From: Longimicrobiales bacterium
Lineage (GTDB): Bacteria; Gemmatimonadota; Gemmatimonadetes; Longimicrobiales; Gaopeijiaceae
Direction of reading: 5' to 3'
DNA: 64,000 nt
Assembly (NCBI GenBank): GCA_965219445.1
Contig: CBDCNQ010000005.1
Coordinates: 32,001-96,000 of the forward strand
Positions within the stretch are counted from its first letter, which is position 1, and each line of letters opens with the position of its first letter. The notes beneath the pieces were generated by a model. That model had not been told where the DNA came from. It searched no databases and saw nothing but the letters and a program-made list of their open reading frames with translations. Positions 40,211 to 51,396 of the stretch are shown piece by piece. A program made the position numbers and the translations under genes.

Positions 40211-42229
40211 TCACGGTAGTCGACCCGGATGGTGAGTCGCTTGGCGCCGATCCCTGGGGGCCAGTCCGATCTTCGTGCACAGCTCGCCGAAGCGAGGATC
40301 CTTGCGCAGCCCGCCCCAACCGCGCACCGAGGTCCGGATGAGGAGCAGTGAGGTGTGCCTCTGCTCCACGGCGTCGTTCAGGTGTTCAAACGCCTCGTCG
40401 AGCTCTCCGAGTCCGGCGTGCACCAGTGCCATCTCCCAGCTCAGAAGGACGCCGCCGTGCTCACCCAGGTCCCACTCCTGCAGCACCTTCAGGCACTCCC
40501 TGGCATCATCGGGCCGACCAGCCAAGCCGTACGCGAACCCTAGCGCACCCACCGCCGTTTCGCGCTTGGGAGCCTTGCGGTGCAGCGCTTCGAAGGGGTC
40601 CACGGCCTGCGCGAGATCCCCACGGTGGAGGTAGAGCCATCCCTGGCCCTCGAGGCTCGGCTCGAATCCCGGATCGATTTCGAGGCTCTGTTCGAACTGT
40701 GCCTCGGCATCGTCGTAACGGCCAGCCGCCGTGTACGCGTTGGCAAGAGCGTTGTTGTACGGCAAAGAAAGCGGATCGAGATCCACGGCCGCCCGCAGCT
40801 CGCTGATCGCCTCGTCGAGTCTGTTCTGGGCTCGGAGGAGGAACGAGTAATCGTGGTGTACCTCGGCGAAGCCTGGGTTCTCGGTCGCGGCCCTCTCGAA
40901 GAAGGCCCCCGCACCCTCGAAATCCCAGTCGACGAAAAACTGGATCTCGGCCATGGCCAGGTTGCCCTCCACGCCCTCCGGATCGAGTTCCAGCGCCTTC
41001 CGGGCAGCTTCGCGGGCCAGTGCGATCCCCTCCTCCTTGTCGATTGCCCCCGCCAAACCGAGGAACGTGTAGGCGTAGGCCAGGCCTCCGTATACAGCCG
41101 TGAAGTCCGGATCCAGCTCGAGGGCTTGCTTGAAGTACTCGACGGCCCGCTCCGCCCCGTGTGCACTCCACTGGCTCAGGAAGAACCGAGCCCGGAGGTT
41201 GAGGCTGTATGCGTGCGGATCCTTCGTGCGTCCAGGAGCCAGCCGCTCGGAATCGGCGTCCCCGGGTAGTGAGGCTTGGAGCTTCTCCATGATCTTGAGG
41301 GCGATCTCGTCCTGGGTCTCGAAGATGTCCTCGACGACCCGGTCGTAGATGTCGGAGAAGACGTGGTATCCACTCTGCGTGTCCACGAGCTGGGCCGTGA
41401 TCCGCACCCGGTCCCCGGACTTCCGCACGCTTCCCTCGAGGACGTGGGCGACGTTCAGCTTGGATCCCACCTTCCGGACGTCGACCTCCTTGCCCTTGAA
41501 CGCGAACGAGGACGTTCGGGCCGTGACCCTGAGCCCGTGCACCCGAGTCAGCACGTTGATGATCTCCTCGGTAATGCCGTCGGCGAAAAACGCGTTGTCC
41601 GGGTCGGCGCTCATGTTGATGAAGGGGAGCACCGCGATGCTCTTCTGCTCGGAGTCGGCCTCGACCGCCTTGGCTCTCCTGCCGGTGGGGAGGGGGCTCT
41701 GCTGGAGAACGGGCACTGGCCGGTCCTCGTCGGCCACGAAGAAGATCTCCACGGGCCTGGTCAACGTTCTTCAGCTCGAAACGCCCGAGGGAGCGGACGA
41801 ACATGCCTGGCTGATTCTTGACGTCGTCGTAGACCCGTTCGGAGACGAGCACCTCACCGGGCGGACAGAGACCCTGGACGCGAGAGGCGACGTTGACACC
41901 GTCTCCGTAGACGCCTTGAGCCTCACGCACGATGTCACCGGTGTGGATGCCGATCCGGAGTGGGAGTCCCGGCTCGGCCGCCAGATCCCGCTGAATCTCG
42001 AGGGCGCAGGCCACGGCCTCGATGGCGCTGCCGAAGACGGTCAGGCTGCCGTCGCCGTAATGCTCGAGCAGATCACCCCCGCGCCGCGGCACGGCCTCCT
42101 CCAAGACCCTGCGATGCCGATCACGGTAGGAGCGCGCGGTTTCCTCGTCCCGCTGCATGAGGGCCGTGTAGCCCGCCACGTCGGTGAACATGATGGCGGC
42201 TAGATGTCGTGTCTGCGTTCCGGCCATCG
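40211..42229 (-). pseudogene. class III adenylate/guanylate cyclase + TolB-like + TPR protein, frameshift near 41758
   Basis: AIMFTDVAGYT, GDG, RIGIH.GD, GDGVNVASR, then SIAVLPF.N.S and TPR repeats in another frame. Confidence 0.88.
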
Positions 42230-42357
42230 CTTCCCTCAGCCTCACCTCGCGCCTGATCCCGCCTCAACCACCCTTGGAGTGTGAAGTGTACAGGGTTCAG
42301 GGGCAAACCGGCCAGCAGCACGAGCCCCTCGTCGGAACGCGAAACGTGCACTGCTTC

Positions 42358-42828
42358 TCACGGAGTGACGCTCCCGTCCGCCGCCACCTCGAACGCCAGA
42401 CCCGGCTCGATCCCGGTGCCTGGCGTATCCACGACGCGGGTGAGGACCGTACCGTTGGCTGACACACCCTCCGTGCTGGCTCCTGTCGCGTTCAGGGCGC
42501 AGGCATTGGGATCACTGATGCGGATCCGCTGCTCGGACCCTACGGGAACGTCGGTGAAGGTGATTTCCCAGCGGTCCGGGCCCATCGCCGTGAGGGCGAA
42601 CGCCTGAAAGTCGCGCCACCCCGCGTGCAGGTGTGTGACGTTCACGCCCTGCACACACTGGGGAAACATGGCGGCTACGGCCGGGTCCGTGGCGGTCGGC
42701 GCCATGTAGCTAAATACGACCGTGGCGGACCCGTCGAGCCCGGTCGAATCATCGCCGCACGCCGGAAGCCCCAGCAGTACTCCAACGACGACCAACCGGG
42801 AGATGGCCCCCGATGAACCGAACATCAC
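42358..42828 (-). CDS. lipoprotein of unknown function
   Basis: Lipobox-like LPAC followed by GDDSTG. Confidence 0.65.
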   Translation of the reverse strand: MMFGSSGAISRLVVVGVLLGLPACGDDSTGLDGSATVVFSYMAPTATDPAVAAMFPQCVQGVNVTHLHAGWRDFQAFALTAMGPDRWEITFTDVPVGSEQRIRISDPNACALNATGASTEGVSANGTVLTRVVDTPGTGIEPGLAFEVAADGSVTP

Positions 42829-42983
42829 CTCTTGCGATCCAGGAGTCGCATCTCGGCGGCCGAATCGCCGCGGGCCATCTCGCCACCGGGCATGGTATCG
42901 AGCATGGCGTCCCGGGCGGCGGGGTCTTGCATGGCGCGCATCACCTGCAAGACCGGCTCATTCACCTGGCGAGCTCCGTGGCC

Positions 42984-44276
42984 CTAGGCGATCTTCCGTC
43001 GTTTGCGCCGCATGAAGTCCATCATGATGTACTGCCCGAGCGTCTGGGTCGACGTGAAGTAGGCCTTGCCCCTCGCGATCTCCGAGACCTTCTGAACGAA
43101 CTGCACCAGATGGGGGTCCCGTGCCAGCATAAAGGTGTTGATCAGGATTCCGGTGCGCCGGCAGGCGGACACCTCTCGGAAGGTCTGCTGCAGGATGTGT
43201 TGGTCCATCCCACCGGAGTTTTTGTAGATCAGCCCGTCGGGCAAGGTGACCGCAGACGGCTTCCCGTCCGTGATCATGATGATCTGACGCATGTCCTTCT
43301 TCTGCGCTCTCAGGATGTTTCTGGCCAGGAGCAAACCATCCGCCGTGTTCGTGTGGAAGGGCCCCACCTGAGCTTTCGCCAACTGGCTGAGGGGGATCTC
43401 CTCCGCCTGATCGCCGAACGTGACGACGTGGAGGGAGTCCCCGGGAAACCGCGTGCGGATAAGATGGGAGAGAGCCAGCGCCACGCGTTTGGCCGGGGTG
43501 AAGCGATCCTCTCCGTAAAGGATCATCGAATGCGAGATGTCGAGCATCAGGACCGTGGCGCATGAGGACCGGTACTCGGTCTGGTGCACCATGAGATCCT
43601 TGTAGTCGAGGTCGAGCGGCACGCCGATTCCCTCCCGCTCGATGGCGTTCTTGAGCGTGGCGGGAACGTCGAGGTTCAGTGTATCACCGAACTCGTAGGG
43701 TTTGCTCGTCGCGTCGGCCTCGACTCCGGTTGCGAGCTGTGGCGTTTCGTGAGAGCCGAAACTCGACGTTCCGAGCGCCGAGAGGAGGCTCTTGAGTGCT
43801 CCGTACCCGAGGAAGTCCGTGCCTTTCTGAGTCAGGTTGAATTGCACCTGCTGGGCCGCTTCCTTGGCCTCGTCGATCTCGCCCATTCCGGTGACGTCCT
43901 GAACGGCACCGGGCATGGTCGGCGCCCCATCCTCCAGCGTCAGATAGCCCTCCTCGACCATGCGCTGGATCAGATCGTCCAACAGGTCGGCGATCTGCTG
44001 TTGAACAGCCTCGTCTCCCTGCCCCTCGCCACGCAGCTCCTCGACCATCTCCGGCGTGAGCTGACCGCTCTCGATCAGCGCCTTCAGGAGGGCATTCTTC
44101 AGGGCGTCCACCGAATTCGTATCCTCGGTCCCGGACCAGCCCCAGAAGGGGTGGTAGTTGGGTCCGCCGGCGAAGCCCCCGTTCAGGAGAAAATCCGAGA
44201 GGAATTCCATGAGGCTCTCGAGGTTCATGGCGTCGAGCCAGCTGCCTCGATATTTGGTGTAGGTCGCAAAACGCAT
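42984..44276 (-). CDS. VWA-domain protein, likely partner of the chelatase-like AAA
   Basis: MIDAS DISHS, TNTADGL, ITDGKPS. Confidence 0.88.
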   Translation of the reverse strand: MRFATYTKYRGSWLDAMNLESLMEFLSDFLLNGGFAGGPNYHPFWGWSGTEDTNSVDALKNALLKALIESGQLTPEMVEELRGEGQGDEAVQQQIADLLDDLIQRMVEEGYLTLEDGAPTMPGAVQDVTGMGEIDEAKEAAQQVQFNLTQKGTDFLGYGALKSLLSALGTSSFGSHETPQLATGVEADATSKPYEFGDTLNLDVPATLKNAIEREGIGVPLDLDYKDLMVHQTEYRSSCATVLMLDISHSMILYGEDRFTPAKRVALALSHLIRTRFPGDSLHVVTFGDQAEEIPLSQLAKAQVGPFHTNTADGLLLARNILRAQKKDMRQIIMITDGKPSAVTLPDGLIYKNSGGMDQHILQQTFREVSACRRTGILINTFMLARDPHLVQFVQKVSEIARGKAYFTSTQTLGQYIMMDFMRRKRRKIA

Positions 44277-44424
44277 ATTGGGGAGCCCGGCGATGGGTTG
44301 GACCCTACATCTCCTTTCCAAGTCTAACCGAGGTTGAGCGCGTCGGCCACTTCGCCGCTCGGTCTGCCACTTCGCCGCTCCTTGTGCCCCCGCCCGCGCG
44401 CCGGCTCGCTCATTTCGCTACCTT

Positions 44425-46743
44425 TTGGCCCGTCTCATCATTTCCGCTGACCCCCTGACCATCGTGATGACCATGCTGCATCGCTCCGCCGGCCTCCTGG
44501 CCGTTCTTGTCACTTCTACACTCACCGCCCAACAAAGGCCGGTCTCCGACGAGGCTGGCGACGAGCCCACATCGCTTGCAAGTGGAGTGGCTGTCGCGGC
44601 GGGAGTTTCGGATCCGCCGCTGATCGACGGCCGTCTCGATGATGCGGCGTGGGGGCAGGCGGCGGTGATGACCGGCTTCATTCAGCGGGAGCCGCAGGAC
44701 GGGCGGCCCGCGTCGGAACGCACCGAGGTCAGGGTCGTCTTCGACCAAGAGGCCCTCTACGTGGGCGTATGGGCGTTCGACAGCCGGGCCACCGAAATCG
44801 TCCCAGGGGAGCGGATCCGGGACTACGACGTGGTGCAGAGTGACAACGTGGTCCTGATCTTCGACACCTATAAGGACGAGCAAAACGGTTTTGTGTTCGG
44901 CACGACGCCGGCCGGCATCGAGTACGACGGCCAGGTCGCCAACGAGGGCCGGGGTGGGGGACGCTTCGGAGGAGGCGGGCGCGGGGGGGCCGGCCGGGGC
45001 GGCAGCCAAAATCGTTTCCAGTCGGGTGCGGGCGGCGGTTTCAACAAGAATTGGGATGGAAGTTGGACGGTGGCCTCGTCTCTCGACGGAGAGGGGTGGT
45101 ACGCCGAGTTCCGAATTCCCTTCAACACCCTGCGCTACGGGACGGACAGCCCCTCGTGGGGTTTCAACGTAGCCCGCCGGATCCGACGGCTGAACGAGGA
45201 GTCCTTCTGGTCTCCCGTACCCCGGGAGTTCGATCTCTACCGTTTGAACTACGCCGGCGATCTGCAGGGACTCACGCCCCCCTTCCGGCGGTTGGCCACC
45301 GTGACCCCCTACGCCCTGGCCTCGTCAGAGCGGAATTACGAGGGGGGCGAGAGGTCGTTCAACGAGAAAGCGGATTTCGGTGGCGAAGCCAAGATCCAGG
45401 TAACGCAGGGTCTGACGCTCGATGTGACCGCAAACACCGATTTCGCCCAGGTCGAGGTGGACGACCAGCAGGTGAATCTCACGCGCTTCTCGCTTCTCTT
45501 TCCCGAAAAGAGACCCTTCTTCTTGGAGAATGCGGGCTTCTTCACGGTGGGCTCGCGTGGTGCGGATCTTTTCTTCAGCCGAAATATCGGGATCGTCGAC
45601 GGTGAGCAGGTCCCGATCAAGGGCGGAGGACGTGTGTCCGGAAGGGCCGCCGGCTTCAACGTCGGTCTTCTCCACATCCAGACCAATGGCGCCGGTGGGG
45701 TTCAGCCGGACAATGCCTACTCGGTGGCTCGTGTCGCCCGGGAGCTACCCAACCGCTCGCGGGTTGGTGCGCTGTTCATCGATCGAAACGGCGAGACCTC
45801 CGGTGACTACAACAGGACATACTCCGTGGATGGGCGGGTGGCGATCGGTGATCCGGTAACGCTCACCTCCTTCGTAGCGCAGACGCAGACGCCGGGGCTT
45901 TCGGGCAACGAGCACGCCTATGATGCCAACGCCGCATGGTCCAGTCGAAGTTGGGAAGCGAGCGTTGGCTTACGTGAAATCGGGGAAAACTTCAATCCCG
46001 AGGTGGGGTTTGTCCCGCGGGTCGGACACCGGGCTTACTCGACCCGTCTCCAGCGGTTCGTTCGGCCCAACGGGTTCTTGAGGGAGATCCGCCCCCACAT
46101 GTCTTTCGATACGTACCGGAGTCGGCGGAGCGGCGTAAGAAAGGGCTTCGAGGAATCCAGTCGCCTCCACCTCGATACACACTGGGAATGGCCCGACGGG
46201 ATGGTGATCTATACGACCGCCAACTGGATCCTGGAGGGGCTTTACGAGCCCTTCGAGATCAGGGGCACGGACGTGGTGGTGCCGGCCGGAACGTACGACG
46301 GGTGGGAGGGCAACCTTATCTTCAACACGAATCGCTCGGCCGACCTTTCGCTGACCAGTGGAGTCACCTTTGGGAGTTTCTTGTCGGGAGATCGCTGGAA
46401 TGTCTCGACCGGGGTCACGTTGCGAAGCGGGGCAGCGTTCAGCACATCTCTGAGCTTGGACTACAATAATGTCGACCTTCCGGAGGGTGACTTCGAGACA
46501 GTCCTCATGGGCTTGAACATCGGCTACTTCTTCACACCGCGGATCTATCTTCAGTCGCTCATCCAGTACAGCGATCAGATCGATCGTCTCTCAGCGAACG
46601 CGCGCTTCGGATGGCTGAACACCGCGGGGACGGGCCTCTTCCTCGTCTACAACGAAATCCAGGGGATCGACGAACTCAACGGGCCCCTCGGTCGCTCCTT
46701 GACTCTGAAGTTTACCCGGCAGTTCACCGTGCTCGGGGGGTAG
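44425..46743 (+). CDS. CBM9-like / DUF5916 outer-membrane protein
   Basis: PLIDGRLDD.AW, EFRIPF.TLRY, NTDFAQVEVD, PEKRPFFLE, FFSR.IG; true start likely ~44467. Confidence 0.85.
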   Translation: MARLIISADPLTIVMTMLHRSAGLLAVLVTSTLTAQQRPVSDEAGDEPTSLASGVAVAAGVSDPPLIDGRLDDAAWGQAAVMTGFIQREPQDGRPASERTEVRVVFDQEALYVGVWAFDSRATEIVPGERIRDYDVVQSDNVVLIFDTYKDEQNGFVFGTTPAGIEYDGQVANEGRGGGRFGGGGRGGAGRGGSQNRFQSGAGGGFNKNWDGSWTVASSLDGEGWYAEFRIPFNTLRYGTDSPSWGFNVARRIRRLNEESFWSPVPREFDLYRLNYAGDLQGLTPPFRRLATVTPYALASSERNYEGGERSFNEKADFGGEAKIQVTQGLTLDVTANTDFAQVEVDDQQVNLTRFSLLFPEKRPFFLENAGFFTVGSRGADLFFSRNIGIVDGEQVPIKGGGRVSGRAAGFNVGLLHIQTNGAGGVQPDNAYSVARVARELPNRSRVGALFIDRNGETSGDYNRTYSVDGRVAIGDPVTLTSFVAQTQTPGLSGNEHAYDANAAWSSRSWEASVGLREIGENFNPEVGFVPRVGHRAYSTRLQRFVRPNGFLREIRPHMSFDTYRSRRSGVRKGFEESSRLHLDTHWEWPDGMVIYTTANWILEGLYEPFEIRGTDVVVPAGTYDGWEGNLIFNTNRSADLSLTSGVTFGSFLSGDRWNVSTGVTLRSGAAFSTSLSLDYNNVDLPEGDFETVLMGLNIGYFFTPRIYLQSLIQYSDQIDRLSANARFGWLNTAGTGLFLVYNEIQGIDELNGPLGRSLTLKFTRQFTVLGG

Positions 46744-46747
46744 GAGA

Positions 46748-47929
46748 ATCACGACCCACTCCAACCCTCACCGAGTCCGAAAACTCCTCCTGGCGCATTA
46801 CGATGCGCACCGGCGTGATCTCCCATGGCGAGTGAGCCAGGAACCCTATCACGTGTGGGTCTCCGAGATCATGCTCCAGCAGACCCGTGTCGAGACGGCG
46901 ATTCCGTACTACAATCGCTGGATGGAGCGGTTTCCCACGCTCGAGGCACTCGCCGAGGTGGACGAGGAGTCCGTGTTGAAGGCCTGGGAGGGCCTCGGCT
47001 ACTACTCGCGGGCCCGCAATCTCCACAGCTCCGCCCGGCTCATTAGGGAGCGGCTCGGCGGCGTGATTCCGCAGGACGCGCGGAGCCTCAAGACGCTTCC
47101 GGGGATCGGTGAGTACAGCGCGGGCGCGATCGCGAGCATCGCCTACGGGGAGGTGGTGCCCGCCGTGGACGGCAACGCCCGCCGGGTGCTGTCCCGCCTT
47201 TTCGATCTCGAGGATCCCACGGACGCGAGCCTGCGGAAGCGAGCTGCCGAACTCGTCGATCCCGATCGTCCCGGGGATTGGAACCAGGCACTCATGGAGC
47301 TGGGCGCCACGGTATGCACGCCCCGGTCTCCTCGCTGCATGGTCTGTCCGTTGAGTGGAGAGTGTCGGGCCATGGCCGAGGGCACGCAGGAGCTGAGACC
47401 TGCTCCGACGCGCCAGCCGCAAGTACGTACCGTCTCCTATGCGGTGATGGTGGTCCTCAACCCGGGCGGCGAGCTGCTGATGGTCCGCCGTCCGTCCGAC
47501 GGTCTCCTCGGTGGGCTTTGGGAGTTTCCGGCTGTTGAGGGCGGGGCGGAGGACGGCACGCCTGAGGATGCCACGCCCACGGGGGGTGAACTCCGTGTGG
47601 AGAGCTCGCTTCACCAGCGATGCCGGGCCCGCTTGAAGGGCCTGGGCGTCCAGCTACCCTCGCGCTCGGTTCGCTTGAGCGTCCTGCAGGAGGTCCGTCA
47701 CAAGTTCACCCACCTCAAGGCGGTGTACCACCCGATGTTGCTGGTCGGTGAGGGATCATGGCCTACACCATCGGAGGGGCCCCCGCCGGAGGAACACGAC
47801 TGGCTCTTGCCCGACGAGATCACACGCCTTCCGCTCCCGGTCGCCCAAAGGAAGATCCTCGATCTGGCAAGGGCCGCCTTAGAGTTGAAGGAGCGCTCCC
47901 GCTTGTCTGCTTCGGCCTCTAGGCGCTGA
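46748..47929 (+). CDS. mutY: A/G-specific adenine glycosylase MutY
   Basis: RDLPWR, VSEIMLQQT, GLGYYSRARNL, LPGIG.Y, VDGN, Fe-S cysteines, NUDIX-like tail; start codon unclear. Confidence 0.93.
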   Translation: MTTHSNPHRVRKLLLAHYDAHRRDLPWRVSQEPYHVWVSEIMLQQTRVETAIPYYNRWMERFPTLEALAEVDEESVLKAWEGLGYYSRARNLHSSARLIRERLGGVIPQDARSLKTLPGIGEYSAGAIASIAYGEVVPAVDGNARRVLSRLFDLEDPTDASLRKRAAELVDPDRPGDWNQALMELGATVCTPRSPRCMVCPLSGECRAMAEGTQELRPAPTRQPQVRTVSYAVMVVLNPGGELLMVRRPSDGLLGGLWEFPAVEGGAEDGTPEDATPTGGELRVESSLHQRCRARLKGLGVQLPSRSVRLSVLQEVRHKFTHLKAVYHPMLLVGEGSWPTPSEGPPPEEHDWLLPDEITRLPLPVAQRKILDLARAALELKERSRLSASASRR

Positions 47930-49391
47930 CACCTCCTCCGAACGGATCGAACCCCTTGTAGCCCTGACCCGAAGAACTCTCATGGCGGGCCTTCGCATAG
48001 CTGCCGCTCATCGAGCGGCTGATCTTCCGGTCGGCGGCCAACGCCTCCAGAACGAGCTCACATGCTCCCGCCCGCCATCCCTGTGAGCACGATTTCGGGG
48101 CGAGGCCGACCGCTTGAACCAGCTCCAGTAGCCCGGGCACGATCTCAAAGCCCTGAACACAGGCCTCCGCCGAGCTGTCGGACCCCACCTGGAGCGCTCC
48201 CCCCAGCTCGAAGTACTCGATGATCTCCTCGAGATCCGCGCCACCCGCCCTCGTCTGAAATACGCCGCTTGCGGCCTGGCTGATCAACTCCCGCGCGATT
48301 CGCTCGGAGCCCTGCAATTCTCCTTCGTACTCGAGCTCCATCTTGCCGGTGATAGCTGGGAGGGCTCCGTAGATGTCGGACACCCGGGGGACGACCCGGT
48401 CCTCCCCGAGCAAGAACGCCCTACGTTCTGCCGACGATACGACGGTTTCGAGTACGGTGATCGGCATGCGCTGGCTGATGCCCGAGCGCTGGTCGATCCG
48501 CTTGTCCTCTCTGCCCAGAAACGCGACCCGCTCGACCAACTCGGAGATGAAGTCCGGAACTTCGGTCGGAATGCAGTCACGGGCGAGCCAGGCCTCCTGC
48601 TGAGTGATGTCCATGCCGATGGAGACTTCGCTCGGATAGTGCGTTTGGATTTCGGCGCCGATCCGATCCTTGAGCGGAGTGATGATCTTCCCACGGGCCG
48701 TGTAGTCCTCGGGATTGGCCGTGAACACGAGGAAGACGTCCAAGGGCAAACGGATGGGGTACCCCTTCACCTGCACGTCACCCTCTTGGAGGATGTTGAA
48801 GAGGCCCACCTGAATCTTACCCGCGAGATCGGGCAGCTCGTTCATGGCGAAGACCCCGCGGTTGGCGCGCGGGAGAAGCCCATAGTGGATCGTCAGCTCG
48901 TCCGCGAGGATGTGTCCTCCACGCGCGGCCTTGATGGGGTCCACGTCCCCGATGATGTCGGCGATGGTCACGTCCGGCGTCGCCAGCTTCTCCACGAAGC
49001 GGTGATCCCGGGTCACCCAGGCAACCGGTGCGTCGTCACCCTTCTCCTCGAGCACTGTCCGCGCATACTTCGAAATCGGACGGAGAGGATCGTCGTTGAT
49101 CTCGCTCCCCTCGAGGATCGGGATTTCGGGATCGAGAAGGTCCACGAGTTGTCTGAGAATCCGGCTCTTCGCCTGACCCCGCAGACCCAACAGGATGAAG
49201 TCGTGACGGGCCAGAATTCCGTTCACGATCATGGGCACGACAGTATCGTCGAAACCGACGATACCGGGGAAGATCTCATCCCCGGCCCTGAGCTTGGTGA
49301 TCAGGTTCTTTCTTAGCTCATCCTTCACAGTGCGGGGCTCGTATCCCGAGGACTTGAGCTCGCGGACGGTGCGGGGCCGTTTCGAAGTCAT
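47919..49391 (-). CDS. magnesium-chelatase-like AAA+ ATPase
   Basis: GLRGQAKS, ANRG.FA.NELPDL, TANPEDYT. Confidence 0.88.
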   Translation of the reverse strand: MTSKRPRTVRELKSSGYEPRTVKDELRKNLITKLRAGDEIFPGIVGFDDTVVPMIVNGILARHDFILLGLRGQAKSRILRQLVDLLDPEIPILEGSEINDDPLRPISKYARTVLEEKGDDAPVAWVTRDHRFVEKLATPDVTIADIIGDVDPIKAARGGHILADELTIHYGLLPRANRGVFAMNELPDLAGKIQVGLFNILQEGDVQVKGYPIRLPLDVFLVFTANPEDYTARGKIITPLKDRIGAEIQTHYPSEVSIGMDITQQEAWLARDCIPTEVPDFISELVERVAFLGREDKRIDQRSGISQRMPITVLETVVSSAERRAFLLGEDRVVPRVSDIYGALPAITGKMELEYEGELQGSERIARELISQAASGVFQTRAGGADLEEIIEYFELGGALQVGSDSSAEACVQGFEIVPGLLELVQAVGLAPKSCSQGWRAGACELVLEALAADRKISRSMSGSYAKARHESSSGQGYKGFDPFGGGVSA

Positions 49392-49654
49392 GAAAAAGCG
49401 TTTCATCCGTGGGTGGGCCAAATCGAATGGAGGCTCAGTGCCTCACGTATGGTGTCGAAGTTGGAATCGTCGCGCCATTCCGCGACCTTCCTAGCGATTC
49501 AGAACGCGGAGCCGGGTGGGATCAACCGCGGGTGACTCCGATACACCCAGAGGTTTCGGCAGATCCCGAGTGCTGTGCCGGTTCCGACGTCGAGCGTCGG
49601 TGATCACGATTTGCGTAGATCACCATTTCGTCGATCACGATTTACGGAGCGACG

Positions 49655-51334
49655 ATGTCCAGGAAACGCCCATCCGTCGGACTGTTTCGCCCGGCTCAAT
49701 TTCAGCCACCGCTTCCTGCCGACCGACTGATTCTGCATGTCGCACCCGACCCGGAGGCTGTGCCGATGGACGTGGTGTTCGTGGGCGGTGGCCCCGCCGG
49801 TCTTGCGGGGGCCATCGAGTTGGCCCGGCTCGTCGAGAAGGACAACGAGGGTGAAGGTGGGCTGGGCGACATCGAGATCGGAGTCCTCGAGAAGGCGAGC
49901 CGAGTGGGGGAGCATTCACTCTCCGGGGCGGTGGTGAACCCGGTGGCCTTGCGCGAGCTCTTTCCGGAACTCGACATCGGTGATCTTCCGCTCCGCGGCC
50001 GCGTCGGAAAAGAGGCAGTCTACTTTCTTACGGAGCAGAGGGCACTCCGGATACCCACGCCACCCACCATGAGGAACCATGGCAACTACGTCGCCTCGAT
50101 CTGTGAGATCGTGCGGTGGTTGGGGGAAAAGGCAGAAGGCCTCGGCGTCAACGTGTTCCCCGGCTTTCCAGTCGATGGATTGCTGGTCGACGGCGACTGT
50201 GTCATCGGCGTACGCACCACCCCCTCCGGCCTCGACCGTGAAGGCCGGCCGGGCGCGGACCACATGCCGGCCATGGATCTGACCGCCCGGGTGACCGTTC
50301 TCTCGGAGGGCACCCGTGGGCCCCTCACGGAAGCGTTCTCCAAATGGCAGGGGATCGGCTCCGAAAATCCCCAGGTCTTCGCTCTCGGGGTGAAGGAGTT
50401 GTGGGAAACCCGCGTCCCGTTGGATCGGGTGATTCACACGCTGGGATGGCCGCTCCCGGGTGACGCCTTCGGCGGAAGCTTCATGTATCCGCTCGATGAG
50501 AATCTGGTTGCGATGGGCCTTGTCGTCGGACTCGACTACCGGGATGCCCGCCTCGACGTCCACAACGTGCTGCAGCGCATGAAGCTCCACCCCCTCTTCC
50601 GGCCCTATCTGGAGGGCGGCGAGATGGTGGAGTGGGGAGCGAAAACAATTCCCGAGGGGGGATACTACTCGGTGCCCGAACGCAGGCACGGAGATGGAGT
50701 GTGCGTGGTGGGTGATGCCGCCGGGTACGTAGACGTGCCGTCACTCAAGGGAATTCACTATGCGATGCACTCGGGGATCTTGGCCGCGAGGGCGATTTTC
50801 CATGCGCTCAAGGCGGGTGACGTGTCGGAGGTCGGACTGCGATCCTACACCGACGCGGTGAACTCGAGCTACATCATGAAGGACCTACGGCGCACCCGGA
50901 ACATCCGTCTGGCCTTCAAGAAGGGATTCCTGGAAGGGGTGGTTGGGGCCGGGCTCATGACGCTAACCGGCGGTGCGCTGCCTGGCGGGAAGATCACTGT
51001 GTCGGAGGATGCGGAGGAGGAGCGAGTGCTCGGGGACGGAGGACCCGGGGTCCAACCCGACGGGAAACTCACGTTCAGCAAGGCAGACGGAGTCTATAAG
51101 GCCGGGAACCAGACGCGCGACGACGGGCCCAGTCATTTGGTAGTGGGCGAGGACGTGAGCCCGGAAGCCGCCGAACTGTACACGCACCTGTGCCCGGCCG
51201 GCGTCTATGAGCGCGACGGTGACGAGCTGCGCCTCAACGCACCGAACTGCGTCGACTGCAAGGCGAGCGACGTTCTCGGGCCGCGGTGGACTGCCCGTGA
51301 GGGTGGGAGCGGGCCGGCCTACCGGCGGATGTAG
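49655..51334 (+). CDS. electron-transfer flavoprotein:quinone oxidoreductase
   Basis: GGGPAGL, SLSGAV, GVKELW, KGIH.AM.SG, C-terminal CPAGVYE...NCVDCK ferredoxin-like motif. Confidence 0.92.
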   Translation: MSRKRPSVGLFRPAQFQPPLPADRLILHVAPDPEAVPMDVVFVGGGPAGLAGAIELARLVEKDNEGEGGLGDIEIGVLEKASRVGEHSLSGAVVNPVALRELFPELDIGDLPLRGRVGKEAVYFLTEQRALRIPTPPTMRNHGNYVASICEIVRWLGEKAEGLGVNVFPGFPVDGLLVDGDCVIGVRTTPSGLDREGRPGADHMPAMDLTARVTVLSEGTRGPLTEAFSKWQGIGSENPQVFALGVKELWETRVPLDRVIHTLGWPLPGDAFGGSFMYPLDENLVAMGLVVGLDYRDARLDVHNVLQRMKLHPLFRPYLEGGEMVEWGAKTIPEGGYYSVPERRHGDGVCVVGDAAGYVDVPSLKGIHYAMHSGILAARAIFHALKAGDVSEVGLRSYTDAVNSSYIMKDLRRTRNIRLAFKKGFLEGVVGAGLMTLTGGALPGGKITVSEDAEEERVLGDGGPGVQPDGKLTFSKADGVYKAGNQTRDDGPSHLVVGEDVSPEAAELYTHLCPAGVYERDGDELRLNAPNCVDCKASDVLGPRWTAREGGSGPAYRRM

Positions 51335-51396
51335 GCGGACATATCACCGCTGATTCTGAGGACAGCCGCCGCGGCCACCGCTGCATCAATCGCGGA

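Noticed and set aside
44346..44380. 15-bp direct repeat GCCACTTCGCCGCTC x2 between divergent genes
   Set aside because: Could be an operator, but two copies without other support is insufficient.
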